Shown here: in pieces, positions 48,223-60,848 of the stretch | Position numbering within the stretch: the first letter of the stretch is position 1 | Layout: the number at the start of each line of letters is the position of its first letter | From: Narcine bancroftii | Taxonomy: Eukaryota | Length of the DNA stretch: 64,000 nt | Reading direction: 5' to 3' | NCBI RefSeq assembly: GCF_036971445.1 | Contig: NC_091477.1 | Location: 7,378,001 to 7,442,000, forward strand | Translations under genes and position numbers: made by a program | The notes under the pieces: model-generated | Told to the model about the DNA's origin: nothing | Database searches by the model: none | The model's input: only the letters and a program-made list of their open reading frames with translations

Positions 48223-50594
48223 AGTTATGCAACATTTCATCAAGGGGATGCACTGAGCTGGCATTCCTGTGGATTTCTGCCCAGCTACACTATTGGTTCT
48301 TTCCAAACTCAGAGCTCATCTCGAAACCAAGCAGGCCATTCTGTTGTTCGGTTGAAGTGTCGCTGTTTAACAATACAACAAAATCAAAAGGAAATCTTCA
48401 ATTTATTGAATCAGTGTTGTATATTATTTAGTCTGTTTTCCAGAGCAGGAGAATCTAAGACAAGAGGGAATATCCACAAGATGAGGGAGTGAAGTGGTTG
48501 GGAATTAGAAGCTATGCAAGGGGGAAGTTCAGAGGATGGTGGACACCTTGAACAAACGGCTGGATAAAGTAGCAGAGGCAGATACATTTGGTTTCTTTAA
48601 GAAACACTTGGATATCGACGTGGATGGGAGGGGATTGGAGGAGAATAGGTTTAATGCAGGTAAATGAAAATAAACCCTGGCCCATGGGCTGGATTCCGTG
48701 CTTTAAAATTCCATGACTCATTTTCTAGGTTATTATCTATCCTTCATTGCCCTTGAGGTGCTGGGGATGCTCTTTTTTTCAATATTTTATTTACATTTTT
48801 AAAGCCAAACACACAATCAACAAAACCAAGGACAAATTGAATAGAGTAAAAATAATGATCTATGAGACATGATGGCTATAATTCCTCCATTCTCCCATGA
48901 ATAGTTAATAAAGAAAGAAAGTCCCAAAGAAAAGTGAAGAGGAGAAGAGAGAGAAAAGGAAAGGAAAGAGAGAAAAAGATCCATGATCCGCCCCACAAAT
49001 TTCACATTTTCAAAATTTACCTGGATCTCGAGAGGATTGGTCTCATGAGTGGAGATGGGGCACAATTAAAGATTTGCACCTAGATTTTATTGATATTTTT
49101 AAAAACACGTCATACTTAGGTTTTAGGTAATCTTCTTAAAGGGACAAAAAACCAGGGTCCATGCCAGAATGAATGTTAGTGTGTTAGATGGGGTGGGGGA
49201 GGGAGCACTACAATTCAGCAGGGGTGGGGGAGCTATTGTGAACATCATCCACCCCTGCAATGTAGGGAACAAGAGAGCACTGCTTTTATTGTGTCAAGCG
49301 TGACGTGGCCTGGGTCAGGTGGAGAGTCGCTAGAGTGCGTGAAGCAAGATGCTAGTGAAGCTTGACGTACACTAGTGACACCAGAGGGGGGTGGGGGAAG
49401 ATCACATGGTGAGTAATGGCCATCACCTCGCTTGAGGGGGGCAATGCCCACGGATCCCCCACCTTGGCACCGATCCTGACCACAAGTATGTATTTGTGCA
49501 TTCCAACCATCGTATACTTCAATGTGAATCATATTTCCAAGTAACCGCTATACATTTTCCAGCCACTGCTAATGCGACCTTGACAAATATGGCTTGATGT
49601 TGGGATAACTTCATTTTAGGTCTTTCTGGCTGGCAACATTCCCCAAGAAGGGGACGCTCTTTTGTGAATTATGACAATCCTTCTGTTGAAGGCAGTCCCA
49701 TAGTGCTGATGGGGAGAGAGTTCCGGGGAATGTAATCCCAGCCACCATTGACCAATGAAATACTTCCACGTCAGAATAACTAGCGTACGTCTTGGAGATG
49801 ACTTCTGTGTACGTTGTAATGTTGAAAGATTCTTCCCTGTCCTCTCCTCTTTTCCTGCAGCTGTTGGATTTTCTTTTCCTTCCAAGTTAATCCAAATCCC
49901 TTTGGATTGATATCATAATAACCTCCACCATATTTTCCAATGGTGAATTATAGGTCAAAATAACTCCCTGCAGAGTACCTTTCCTTTCCTTATCTGCCCT
50001 CCTTTCTTTTGCCAATAATCTTAAATTAGTGACCTCTCTTTGCTCATCCTCTTGCCACTGGAATAATTTCTATTTATTTTCCACACCAACGTTGCTGCAC
50101 AATTTCGAACACTACCAATTAAATCTCCTGCATCCTGAAAGGGGGACACCAATTTTTCCCATTTCCCTCACGGGCCTCATATCGCTCATCAGTTCAACTA
50201 CTGCAGTAAATCCTTCTGCCAACCTTGTCGTTAAGTGCGGTGCCAAGGATTGAAAACAATACTCCAGCTGCGGTTGATTTATGAAGGCTTATTGTGACTT
50301 CCTTGCTTCAGATTAAGAGCATCATTCAATATCAAAGCAGATCAAGTGTTTAGTTTTTTTCCCCCCTCTGAAATACTGAGACAGAAAGTAGCGATCTTTC
50401 TCATCTGTCCTTTCAGAGTAAATCGTGCTCGAAAGCCAACCGCTCATAAATTTATTCACCAAATTCATGGAGAGACAAACAAGCAAGGCTTTTTTAGCTT
50501 ACAGAGAGAAGAGAAAAAAAAAATCACATTACAGAGCAAAAATGGTAACCATCCCTTTGAAATTTAAGGACACTACCATCTCATAAGAATGGGA

Positions 50595-51165
50595 TCAGTT
50601 CATGTGATGTTGAGGTTTTATAAGGCACTAGTAGGTCCTCATAGAACATTGTGAGCAGGTTTTGAGACCCTCATTTTTAAAAAAAAGGATAAGTTGATAT
50701 TAGAGAGGATTCAGAGGAGGGTCACAAGGATGACTCGGAGAATGAAACAGTTGTCAAATGAGATATGTTTGACAGCTCTTGGCCTGTATTCATTGGAAAT
50801 TCCGAGAACAAGGGAGGGATGTCATTGAAACAATTTGAATGTTGAAAGGGATGGACAGAGTAGATGAGAAAGGTTGTTTCCCATGGTGGGATAGACTTGG
50901 ACAAGGGGACACAACTTCTGGAATAAAGAGCATCTGCTTAAAACAGAGATGTGGAGGAATTTCTTTAGCCAGAGGGTGATGAATCTGTGGAATTTGTGGC
51001 CACAGGTGGATGTGGATCCAAGTCTTTGGGTGTGTACTTAAGGCAGAGATTGATAGGTTCTTGATTAGCCAGGGCATCAAAGGTTATGGGGTGAATGGAT
51101 CAGCTCATGATTAAATGGCAGGGCCGACTCAATTAGCTTATTTCTTCTTCTATGTCTTATGGGCT
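50595..51165 (+). mobile_element. CR1 LINE 3' fragment
   Basis: LRFYKALVGPH..LERIQRRVTRM..LGLYSLE..RGDVIET..FFSQRVMNLWN, the CR1 ORF2 C-terminus. Confidence 0.85.
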
Positions 51166-53339
51166 ATAAACCTTTCAGATTTTAATCAAGGTCATTTGTG
51201 AGATGCTTAAAAATAACTGGTTCCAGTTGTGTGACCCAGGTGAGAGAAGTAAAGACAAATGCATCATCTGTCAATCTATTCTATATTAAACACAAAGACT
51301 GCAGATAGTCAATGTTCACTGTCACCAATCAACTCAGTCTACTGAGACCAATACTGACACTAGATTTCTTGTGTAAAAAATCTTGCAACTCCATCATTCC
51401 AGGAATCACAACACCCCTGGCGAAGGGGCTCAGGACCGACACATCGACTGCCTTTTACTTCCTCTGAATGCTGTGTGACTTGCACTCCTGTCCATTGCTC
51501 CTGGGCCCAGCATCTGCAGACTTTCTTGCTTACCATATTTCCAGGCTAGTCAGGAAACAGATCCTATGCAAAACATTTTCCCACATCTTTTTTCTCCTCC
51601 ATCTCCAATATTTTTGTAATATCATTAAACCTTCAGAGCAATTTACGGATCCCTCATGCTGTGACCAGGAGTGATACCACGGGAAAACTATCATATCCAT
51701 CTGATCTCTGCCTCTCATTATTTCATAAACTCCTCTCAGCATCCAAAACTCTGGAGAAAACCTGGATTTGTCCTCATAGCTCATACCCTCTGATTTAGGC
51801 AGTATACTGGTAAATCTCTTCTGTACAATTTCCAAATCCTTCCTGTAATGGGGCAAAACAGAATTACACACCGTCATCCAAGTAACTGCCAAACCAAAGT
51901 TTACTTTTATAGATGTACAATATGTTAATGGCTGCAGTTGTTCATTACTCTTGACTTCCTATGGATGTTGCGTGACCTGCTGAGTTTCTCCAGCTCGCCC
52001 GTGTATTGTGTGATAAATGGCTAAACTGCCCCAGATCTCACTTTGTCTGCGTGCATGGTAGGGGTTGAAATACTTTATCCTCCTTCCCTTTCACACATTT
52101 CTTCACATTATTATTCTTGCCCACCTTTCCCTCACCCCATTCTAATCCTTAAGCTCATTGTTATCAAACCATAGATCCACACAATTGTAAGAATCCATTC
52201 TTCTAAAGGACTACACTTTTCCTATTTCTTTCTCTTTGTTATGTTTTTAATACCATTTGAAGAGTTCACTCAACCTTCAATTTTATAAACCTAATTTAAC
52301 AAAAAAAATCTAATCTTCCAACATTCACATCAATTTGACTGGTCTCAAGGTTATCGGCCAAGCTGCTGTGAAAAGAAACATCATGTCAAGTTCTAGTTAA
52401 ATAAGTCTTCACTAATCTGCCTCAACCTTGGCCCAGCCAATGCAAGGCTTCTGTGGGGAAGAGCTGAGACCAGAGGAGAACCCTTAAACAATGGTGGGGG
52501 GGAAGTAACTACAAGGGGCCACAGTAGTAGCAATGGTGCTATGTAGAGAATTAATATAACAATGTACAGTCATAAAATTAATGAATAGGACACTAAGGAT
52601 GCAAAAACACCTTGCACTGTTTTTATTTATATGTAGTTTAATTGTGAATAAAGTCTATTTTTGGGAGAAAAAAAATTCATGTGATTGAATTAAAGTCTGC
52701 AACCTTTCTCTCAATCTGGAGTCACTTTGACTTAACTGAACAATGATGATGGACTTCTCTCCCCTGAAGGGCTTTGAAAGTGACTGGATATTAATTTCCT
52801 GGTCATCATTAAATTCATTTAATGACCCGAATTTAAAGTCCTCACTTAAGATTTGATCACAAAGTCCTAGCTCAATAGCCCAACCCAGAGTAAGTAAGGT
52901 CACCTCTCAGCCTCTTTGCACTGGAAAATGTCCCAGCCTGTCCAGCCTCTCCTTATAACCCAGACCCTTCCGTAAACATCCCAATGACTCTTTCCAGCTT
53001 AATGATGTTTCCTGCCGCTGGTTGATCAAAACCGTGCGCAATAGGTGAAGAGTCCAGGATCATTCAAGTAGAATGTCACCTGTGCTTTAGGTGAGTAATG
53101 GAAGAGGTTTTAAAAAACCTGTCTCTTTTGTTTATGTTTTTGTTACTGCCCATTGTTGTTACATGGAATTTCGCAATGCACTAATTAATAAGGACATAAG
53201 CACGAGTTGGCCAATAAACCCCTTAAATCTGTTCTACCATTTAATAGGATCCTGGATGATTTATTCTTGGCTTCCACCCCACTTTCCTGCCTCACTCTCC
53301 ATTACCTTTAATGTGTCATCTGACCTTCTGTCTGGTGAA

Positions 53340-53665
53340 AGTTTTGGAACATTACAGCACAGTACAGTCCCTTCAGCCCTCGATATTGTGTCAATCTATA
53401 TATTAATACCAAAAAAAACTAAACCCTTCCTACCTCATAACCCTCTATTTTTCTTTCATCCACACACCTGTCCAAGAGCCTCTTAAATGCCCCTAATGTT
53501 TCAGCATCCACCATCGCCCCCAGCAAGGCATTCCAGGCATCCACAACTCTCTGTTTAAAAAAACTTACCCCTGATGTCTCCCCTAAACTTTCCTCCCTTC
53601 ACTTTGTACAGATGTGCTCAGGTGTTTGCCACACCTGCCCTGGGAAAATCTGTCTGTCTATCTTA
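53340..53665 (-). mobile_element. CR1 LINE 3' fragment
   Basis: acattacagcacagtacag.cccttcagccc..gcattccaggca.ccacaactctctg. Confidence 0.7.
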
Positions 53666-53719
53666 ATAGACACTAACTGACTCTTACCTGACACTGCACC
53701 CACACCTCTCAATGGTGTG

Positions 53720-54210
53720 GCTCTGCTAATAGATCCAATGGCCCAGGTTCAATCCTGACCTTGGGTTTGGACTGTGTGGTGTCTGCACATTCTCCTCGTG
53801 TCGTCATGTATTTCCTCTGGAAACTCCCATTTCCTCCTGTCTTCCAAAAAATGTACAGGGATTATAGGTTAATTGGTGTATCTGGGTGGCATGACTCGTG
53901 GTCCGGAAGGGCCTGTTACCATGTTGTGTGTCTAAATTTAACACAATCAAAGATCCACAAGCTGAGAGCTCCAATGACCCAGGTTCAAGCCTGACTGTGT
54001 GAAATTTGCATGTTCTCCCTGAGATCGCATACATTTCCCTGCTTCTCTCACAATGCAAGGATGCGGGTTGGTTGGTTATTAGACCATTTGCTCATTGTCC
54101 CTCAGGTGTGAGTGTGAGCCAGGATCGGGACAGAGTTGACAAGATGAAGGTAGAGTGAAATGAGATGAGTGTAGGACGGAGAGACAGTGAACTGAAGGCT
54201 CAGTTTCTGC
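53720..54210 (+). mobile_element. Two tandem V-SINE fragments
   Basis: Two B-box/V-domain segments (cccaggttcaa..tgcacattctcc; tttgcatgttctccc). Confidence 0.6.
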
Positions 54211-54589
54211 ACTGTGTGCCACCTGAGGAATCTAAGACAAAACAGTATGGGTTTGAGGGCAAAGATTTAAAAAGGATGCCTTCTTTATACAAAGGTAGGG
54301 AGTATATGGAACGAGCTGCCAGAGGAGTTGGTAAGGTCGGTGCAATTACAATTTTTAAAAGATATTTAGTCAGGTACATGATAAAAAAGGGATAAGGTCC
54401 GGCTGTGATAAAGGATTCCGGTGGCCTTTAACGCTAAAGGGATCAACGGATGTGGAAAGAAAGCTTAAAGTTACACGATTGGCTACAGTGGCGCAGGCTC
54501 AAAGGGCTGAATGGCTTTCACCTGCACCTATATGATTCTATGCCCTACTTCTATTCATGGATCTGCGAGATTGAGTGTGTGTTACTGTA

Positions 54590-54870
54590 ATTGTGGACCT
54601 GGTGTCTAGTTGTGGCCAAGCCCCCTAGTCAGTGCGGGTTGTCTGGTTGGAGGAAGCACCCAGGTGGGCTGGCGGTGCATCAGGAAGGGGTGGGTGGAAT
54701 GTGGACCAGGTGCACGCTCGGAGCTGGAGGCCAGGCGTGCAACCGGAGCTCCGTCCGTAGTGAGGGCCGGACGTGTGCCCAAGAGAACAGACAAGCTGAA
54801 ACTCACCGGGTTCTTTTCTCTACACTCCCCTTTAAACTCACTGAGATTTAATTTCTCGCCCCCTTTAAAC
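54590..54870 (-). promoter_or_regulatory. GC/CpG-rich unique patch with a consensus donor (CCG/gtgagt, boundary 54806/54807); possible alternative first exon or promoter
   Basis: Locally CpG-dense in a CpG-poor window and not matching the recognised repeats. Function inferred only. Confidence 0.25.
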
Positions 54871-54899
54871 ACACCAGGTTAACTAGCATATTTATTAGA

Positions 54900-55148
54900 G
54901 TGAAACACAAAAGTCTGCAGACACAGTGATTGAGGTAAAAAGCACAGAAATACTGGAGGAACTCAGCAGGTCTTGCAGAATCCAGAGGAGGGAAAAATAT
55001 GTGACTGACCTTTTGGGCCAGAGCCCTTCCTCAAAACCTTTAAGGCCCTGAAGAAGGGCTCAGGACCGAAAGGTCAGTCACATATCTTTGCTGCCTCCTA
55101 TGGACATGACGAGACCGGCTGAGTTCCTCCAGCATTTCTGCATTTTTG
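54900..55148. mobile_element. Penelope-derived short element, head-to-head inverted pair
   Basis: Arms of ~95 bp are reverse-complementary around a centre at ~55040. Confidence 0.75.
55044..55080 (+). ncRNA. Minimal hammerhead ribozyme-like motif (degenerate)
   Basis: CTGAAGA-a-gggc-tcag-gacc-GAAA-g-GTC has both catalytic boxes and a GUC triplet; stem II has one mismatch, C15.2 is altered and stem I is poor. Confidence 0.45.
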
Positions 55149-56057
55149 GAATATTTATTATCCACGTTAGAAAAAAAAGTGAAATATAGGTGTGATGGGA
55201 TAACATCCGAAAGTTCAGAATAAAAAAAAAACAAACGCTGCTGGTTCAGCTCTGGCAGGGTCCCAATCTGCCTGATTATTGGAGTTTTGCTGTGATCCCA
55301 GTTGACTGGAAGGCTGCACTTTTTAGCTTGAGAACCCCTTTTTAAAATACAGCGAATTATTCGGATGGACATGCTCCTGAGCTGGTGGCTGAATGAAAGG
55401 TTGATGCAGTTGATCACAGCTAAATGGCAAAGTGCCTTGTACGCTTTCTTTGTGCTCCCCTGCCTCTGCATGCCAACATAGAAATAATCTCGGATCTGTA
55501 CTCCCCGTTGTCTTAGTGCGATGGTTCACAGCAGCCACTGTGAAGTGGAGATCACGTGAGATCTTAAAGGTTTGAGCTCTGCCTCTTTTACAAAGCATTG
55601 CTTGTCTAATTTTAACACTGAAGCAATCGTGCACGTTGTGTGCTTGCTTGCAATGCCCAAAATGGCTGCCCTTTTATAATTGTGTGGTGATGTCCCCTTA
55701 ATTATGCAGAGTGCATTTGGAGTTTCCCTATCCTTCTGGGTGTGCAAGGCAGGTTAAAGCCGAGCAGAGCTGCCGAGAGCAGCGCAAGAGGAGAAATGGT
55801 TAGCTGGTCCACGTTTGGAATTCAAATCCTGAATGGTGTATGTGAGGGAGAAGTAAAAATCCAGTTACCAGCTGGGCAAAGATGCACAAAATCTTGCACA
55901 GCGTTAGTGACTAGAACAAGGAATCCCTGATGAACTCAATGCCCCAAAAATCCTTTTCAGTATTTCTAAAGCCTTAGCCATGAAATTATACAGCAACAAA
56001 CAGGCCCTTTGGCCCTCTAGATCCCTGCTGACCATCAAACTCACTCCATTTACTGGC

Positions 56058-57311
56058 GCTGAATCTATCTTTTTAAAGAATCCTGACCCTTTAAAAGAAG
56101 AAAAAATTCCTCCTCATCCCTACCTGAAATGGACGATTCCTTTCACGCCAGCGCCCACCCCCCCCCAAGTTCGGCATGCCACACAAGGGAAAATATCCTC
56201 TCAACATCTACTCCATACCCCGTTAGCCTCCCTCAGAATCTTTCACATTCCAATAAAATCATCTGTCATTCTTCTGTGCACACATTGAGTGGAGGCCCGA
56301 CGTGCTCAGCCATTTTTCGTACATCTATCCCGCGTCCCAGGAAGAAAAGCGAGCAAATCGTCTCTGCGCACACCCCAGTGTCGGCGAGTCTTTCCATAAA
56401 TATGGAAGCCAGATTCACATGCAATAATTCATGTAACCCTCTAATATTCTCATTAAAGATTTTACTCTTCCTGCCTCCATGTACCCATTGTACTCTGTAT
56501 GAAAAAGAAAAACTTACTTGCAAGCACCTTATAACTATGCCCCCTTGTGCTTGCCACTTCAACCCTGGGAAAGCCTCTAAGCTCTCCATGCTTTAGTGCT
56601 TTCAATGCATTTGTTTTTGAAATATAGCGAACAAGTAGTAAGGTTAAAGAAATGTTGACCTTTTATTGCAAGGAGAATGGAGAATTAACGCAAGAACTTT
56701 TTTTGAAGTTAAAATTTGAAGACACAACAGGGTAGAAGCCCCTTCCATCCCAAGAAACACATGCTTCCCAATCGCACCAATTACATACATTTTGGAGGGT
56801 GAAAGGAAACTGGAGCACCCAAAGGAAATCCATGCAGGATGTGGGGAGAATGTACAAAACTCCTTATAGACAGCGCCAGATTCGAACCCGGGTTGAAATG
56901 TGCTGCCCATTTTCATGCAGCATTGCAGGGTACAGATGAGCCCCTAAATTATTGCATGTGATTCTGGCATCCATATTTATGGCACTGGGGTGTGTGCAGA
57001 GAAGATTCATGTTTTTTTTTCCTGGGATGAAGGATAAATGTATGAAAAATGGTGGATCTTCACTCAATGTGTGCCCAGAAGAATGACAGATGATTTCACT
57101 GGGACATGAAAGATTCTGAGGGTGCCTGACAAGAGTACAGGGTAGATGTCGAGAGGATATTTTTCCTTGTGCAGGTATGTAGAACTCGGGGGAGTGGGGG
57201 GGGGGGGGGGTGGGGGAGCATGGCTTCAGGGGAAAAGGATCATCCATTTACTGTTAGGAAAGGATGAATTTCTTCATCTTTTAAAGGACTCTTTGAAAGG
57301 ATTGATTCAGC
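56058..57311. repeat. Inverted duplication of a decayed CR1 fragment (arms 56058-56429 and 56947-57311)
   Basis: Shared aaaatatcctctc.acatctac, aaatcatctgtcattcttctg.gcacacattgagtg and ccataaatatgga.gccaga.tcacatgcaataatt in opposite orientation. Confidence 0.85.
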
Positions 57312-57861
57312 TCGGAAACTAGTCCACAAGCCCAACTCATCCATACCAGCCAAGTCTACCCTAATCTCATTTGCTAGTAGTGGACAATGAGGACTCAGTG
57401 GATCAGGGTTGAAAAGATCAGTCAACATTTCATGTTTGAACCTCATTGAACATAGAAATCTACACCACAGTAGATTTCCCTTCGGACCACAGTGTTGTAG
57501 CAACCCAATGACCTACTCTAGAACTTCCCTGTGGTATAAGCCTCCATTTTTCTCAATTCCATGTACCTATAACAGTCTCTTAAAAGATTTTATTTTACCT
57601 GCCTCCACTACTTTTCCTGGCAGTGCATTCCATGCACCCACCAGTCTCTGTGAGTACTATGAAAATCATAGCTCTTACATCTCCCTGCACATACCATAAA
57701 ACTATGTCCCCTTGTGTTAACCTGGCAAAAGACTTTAGTCAACTACACAATCAATTCCTCTCATCATCCTGTACACCTCTATTATCCTCCATCGTTCCAA
57801 GAAGAGAAGACTATTCATTCTACATCTAATCTATCTACTCTTGATGGAATGATATATTTCT

Positions 57862-58305
57862 CTAACTAGTGACCTATCATAGAACCATCGAACACAACAG
57901 CACAGAAACAGGCCATTTCGGCCCTTCTAGTCATGGGCGCTCACATCACTTGTCATGAAGGCAATACAGCGGCTTCTGAGAAGACTGAAGCTGGCAAGGC
58001 CACTGGCCACCAACCTTCTACAGAAGCTCCATCAAGAGCATCTTGGCTGGCTGCATCACAGTGTGATATGATTGCTGCAGAGAAATGGATCAGAGGTCAA
58101 TTGAGAGGGGCATAAGGGGAACAGAGGGAGATCCCTGGAGTCTCCCTTCCCCCTCCAGTCAACATGATCTACTGGGATCATTGTCTGAAGATGAAGAGCA
58201 AAAATTATTGAGGACCCCTTTCACACTGCACACAGCTGCTTCTGTCGGGAAAGAGATACAGGAGTATCAGAGCCATCACCACCAGGCCGAGGGACAGCTT
58301 CTTTT
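57862..58305 (+). mobile_element. Rex1/Babar fragment with a nested CR1 tail (57878-57932), truncated by a MITE (58305-58590)
   Basis: Matches 46250-46630; the CR1 reverse tail agaaccatcgaacacaacagcacagaaacaggcc is flanked by tcat on both sides. Confidence 0.7.
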
Positions 58306-58599
58306 CACGGGTGATTTGAACAGGAAAATGGCCAACCCGCTTATTCCAGTGATGTCAGCGCTTGTGTGCGTGCGTCACAGGGGAGCCTGCATCTGAACAT
58401 CCGTCCGGCAGTACTTCCGGTGAGTGTGTGACACACCATTGCAGGGGCAGGATCCCCCTCAAATCGCCAAGTTGGCAATTGAATGGGTCAATCCCCCCCT
58501 GCGATTTGAAAGGTGCTTCCAGCAGCTTTGCCCCAGTAATTGCACCCAGCTCCCAGGAGGGCTACCCAGGTGCTGCAGTTTGAAACGGGCTATTGACTT

Positions 58600-58840
58600 C
58601 ACTGCTCGCCTTTTCTTTCCCCCCACCCCCCCCCCCCCCCATTTCCTGCCTTACTGCCTTACACCTGCACAGCCCTGCCTTTCCTCCCACCTCTCTTTTA
58701 TTCGGACACTCACCGACCGGCTTTTTCTCGTACTTTGACGAAGGGCTCAAGCCCAAAACGCCAGTTCTGCATCTCTGTCTTTGCCACATAAAGGACACGG
58801 TTTGATCTGCGGACTCCTTCCAGCATTGTGTTTTTACTGT
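58600..58840 (+). mobile_element. Penelope-derived 3' UTR/pLTR fragment with hammerhead-like core
   Basis: tactttgacgaagggctcaagcccaaaacgccagt. Confidence 0.6.
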
Positions 58841-59199
58841 TTCCAACCTTCAGTGACTGATGCGCCATGTCCCCCAGATCACAGTGCCCCTCCCCCTTTC
58901 CTTATGTGTTACCATGTATCAGGTACCCATACCGAGAACTAACTCATTGCGCTCATTAGTAAGCCAGTCGCGAAACAAGCACAATTTCCAAATAATGTCT
59001 TATGAAGTTGGAGAATTTTACTGTCTTAGATTTCCATTTGGCCGGGGTTAAGCAAAGGAGGATCGATACATCCTTTCCTCTGAAATGGAATCCTGACATA
59101 TCTGGCAACCGATTCCTCCGGAAAAGATACGCTACTAACATTTTGGACTTGAGCCCTTGATTTATTGGTCCAGGAGAGATTCTGAGGGAGTCTGACAGC

Positions 59200-59340
59200 T
59201 GCTTCATACCTTCATGAAGGGCTTAAGCCTGAAATGTTGGTTATGGATCTTTACCTTTGCTAAAGGACATTGTTTGACCTGCTGAGTTTCTCCAGTCTGC
59301 TTCAGCCTCAGGGTCTGCAGACATCGGTGTTTTACTTTCT
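59200..59340 (+). mobile_element. Penelope-derived short element
   Basis: ataccttcatgaagggcttaagcctgaaatgttggt...ctgctgagtttctccag..tctgcagac. Confidence 0.6.
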
Positions 59341-59684
59341 TTCCTCTCGAGAAGCATTGTTCCCTTCAAGTGTGAGCCCTTGTGCAAGAGTTATTGGTGA
59401 GGGAGTTCCAAAATTCAGTCTCGGCAACGTAAGCATATTTTGTCCAAAGGAAAATAAGAACCACAGCGATTATTTACCTTCCTGTGTCCACAATGCATAC
59501 CATTGACCATTTGAGAGCCGTTATTTTTTTGGAAAGAATCCAGTTCATTATGTAGAATTGAAACTGAATATTTATTTGCAAAGTGTAATAAAGGTTTTCA
59601 TTTCAACCACTTCCTTCTTTTGCTTGTGTTTTTAATGAAAGGAAATGCACAGGCGTGGACCATTTAATCACAATATTATTTCTT

Positions 59685-59913
59685 AAATTTAGACATACAG
59701 CATGGCAACAGGCCTTTTTGGCCCATGAGCCCGTGTCGCCCAATTGACCGACAACCCCCAGTGTATTTTGGAGGGTAGGAGGAAACCGGAGCACCCGGTG
59801 GAAACCCTTGCAGACAGAGGGAGGAAGTACAGACTTCTCACAAACAGAATGGGATTCGAGCCCCGGTCCCGATCGTTGGTGCTGTAGTAGCATTGCGGTT
59901 AACTGTGCTGCCC
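59685..59913 (-). mobile_element. V-SINE
   Basis: ggaggaaaccggagcacccgg.ggaaaccc..gggattcgagccc. Confidence 0.8.
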
Positions 59914-60454
59914 AGATAGTCACTGATAGAAGTCGCCAGATCACGAGCAAATCAACATCTCATGTGGAAATGACTTTACCAGCAAACATGCAAACCGATA
60001 CAGCCATGTACGAAGTGATCCATCCCACCCCAGTCATGTTCTCTTCTCCCCCTTCTCCTGTGGGCAAAAGATGAAAGATGTTGAAACCATGCACCTCCAA
60101 GTTCAAGACAGTTTCTCTCCTGCTGTTAACCATCCCCCCCCCTTAATACTTTGCACTGTATAGCAATATCCCTTCCAATTTACCTACACACAGTGATCAC
60201 TGAAAATAGTGTGTCTTGCACACTCAACGTCTTACATTGGATCCAACTGCAGTATTTTAACAATATCTAACAGATACAAAAAGTAATCTGAATATCTGCA
60301 AATGCAACCATTGAAATAGGATTCAAAATTCCAAAATCATAGTGATCCAGGGGTACCAAACAGAATTTTATGTTTTGGTTGAGAAAGCAAGGTACACAGA
60401 GCATCCCCATGGTCTGGTGACAAACATTCAATTACTTTGCAATGTGATATCAAA

Positions 60455-60848
60455 GAACACTCCAGCACAGAAACAAGCCCTTTGGCCCATTTCGACTGTG
60501 CCAAACTATTCTGCTGAGTCCCATCGACTCACACCTGGACCATAGCCCTCTTTGGTCCTCCCAACCATGTACCTATTCAAATTTGCCTCAAATGTCAAAA
60601 TTGAACCGGCATCCACCACTTCAGCTGGCAGCTCGTTCCACACTCTCACCGCTTTCTGCCTGAATAAGCTTCCTTTAATGTTTCCCTATTCACTTTTAAC
60701 CCATGTCCTCTAGTTCTTTCTGTGCCTTTACCAAATCTCCCCTCATTTTTCTACGTTCCAGGGAATAAAGGCCAAAACTGTTTAAAGTTTTAACCCTGCA
60801 ATTCAGTTACTCAAGTCCCAGCAACATCCTTGTAAATCTTCTCTGCAT
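60455..60848 (-). mobile_element. CR1 LINE 3' fragment (same subfamily as 32228-32705)
   Basis: cagcacagaaacaagcccttt...ccacttcagctggcagctcgttccacactc. Confidence 0.8.

Noticed and set aside
54807-54862. EF-hand-like coding exon (GEKLNLSEFK)
   Set aside because: The acceptor is weak, the DxDxD loop is absent and an in-frame stop lies just upstream. Kept only as a possible noncoding exon.
55524-55545. miR-27-like sequence (minus strand TTCACAGTGGCT)
   Set aside because: Only 12 nt match, and the hairpin is a 7-bp stem, far too short for a pre-miRNA.
59470-59570. Minus-strand exon (SILHNELDSFQKNNGSQMVN)
   Set aside because: The acceptor lacks a polypyrimidine tract, there are two competing donors and nothing links it to the other exons.
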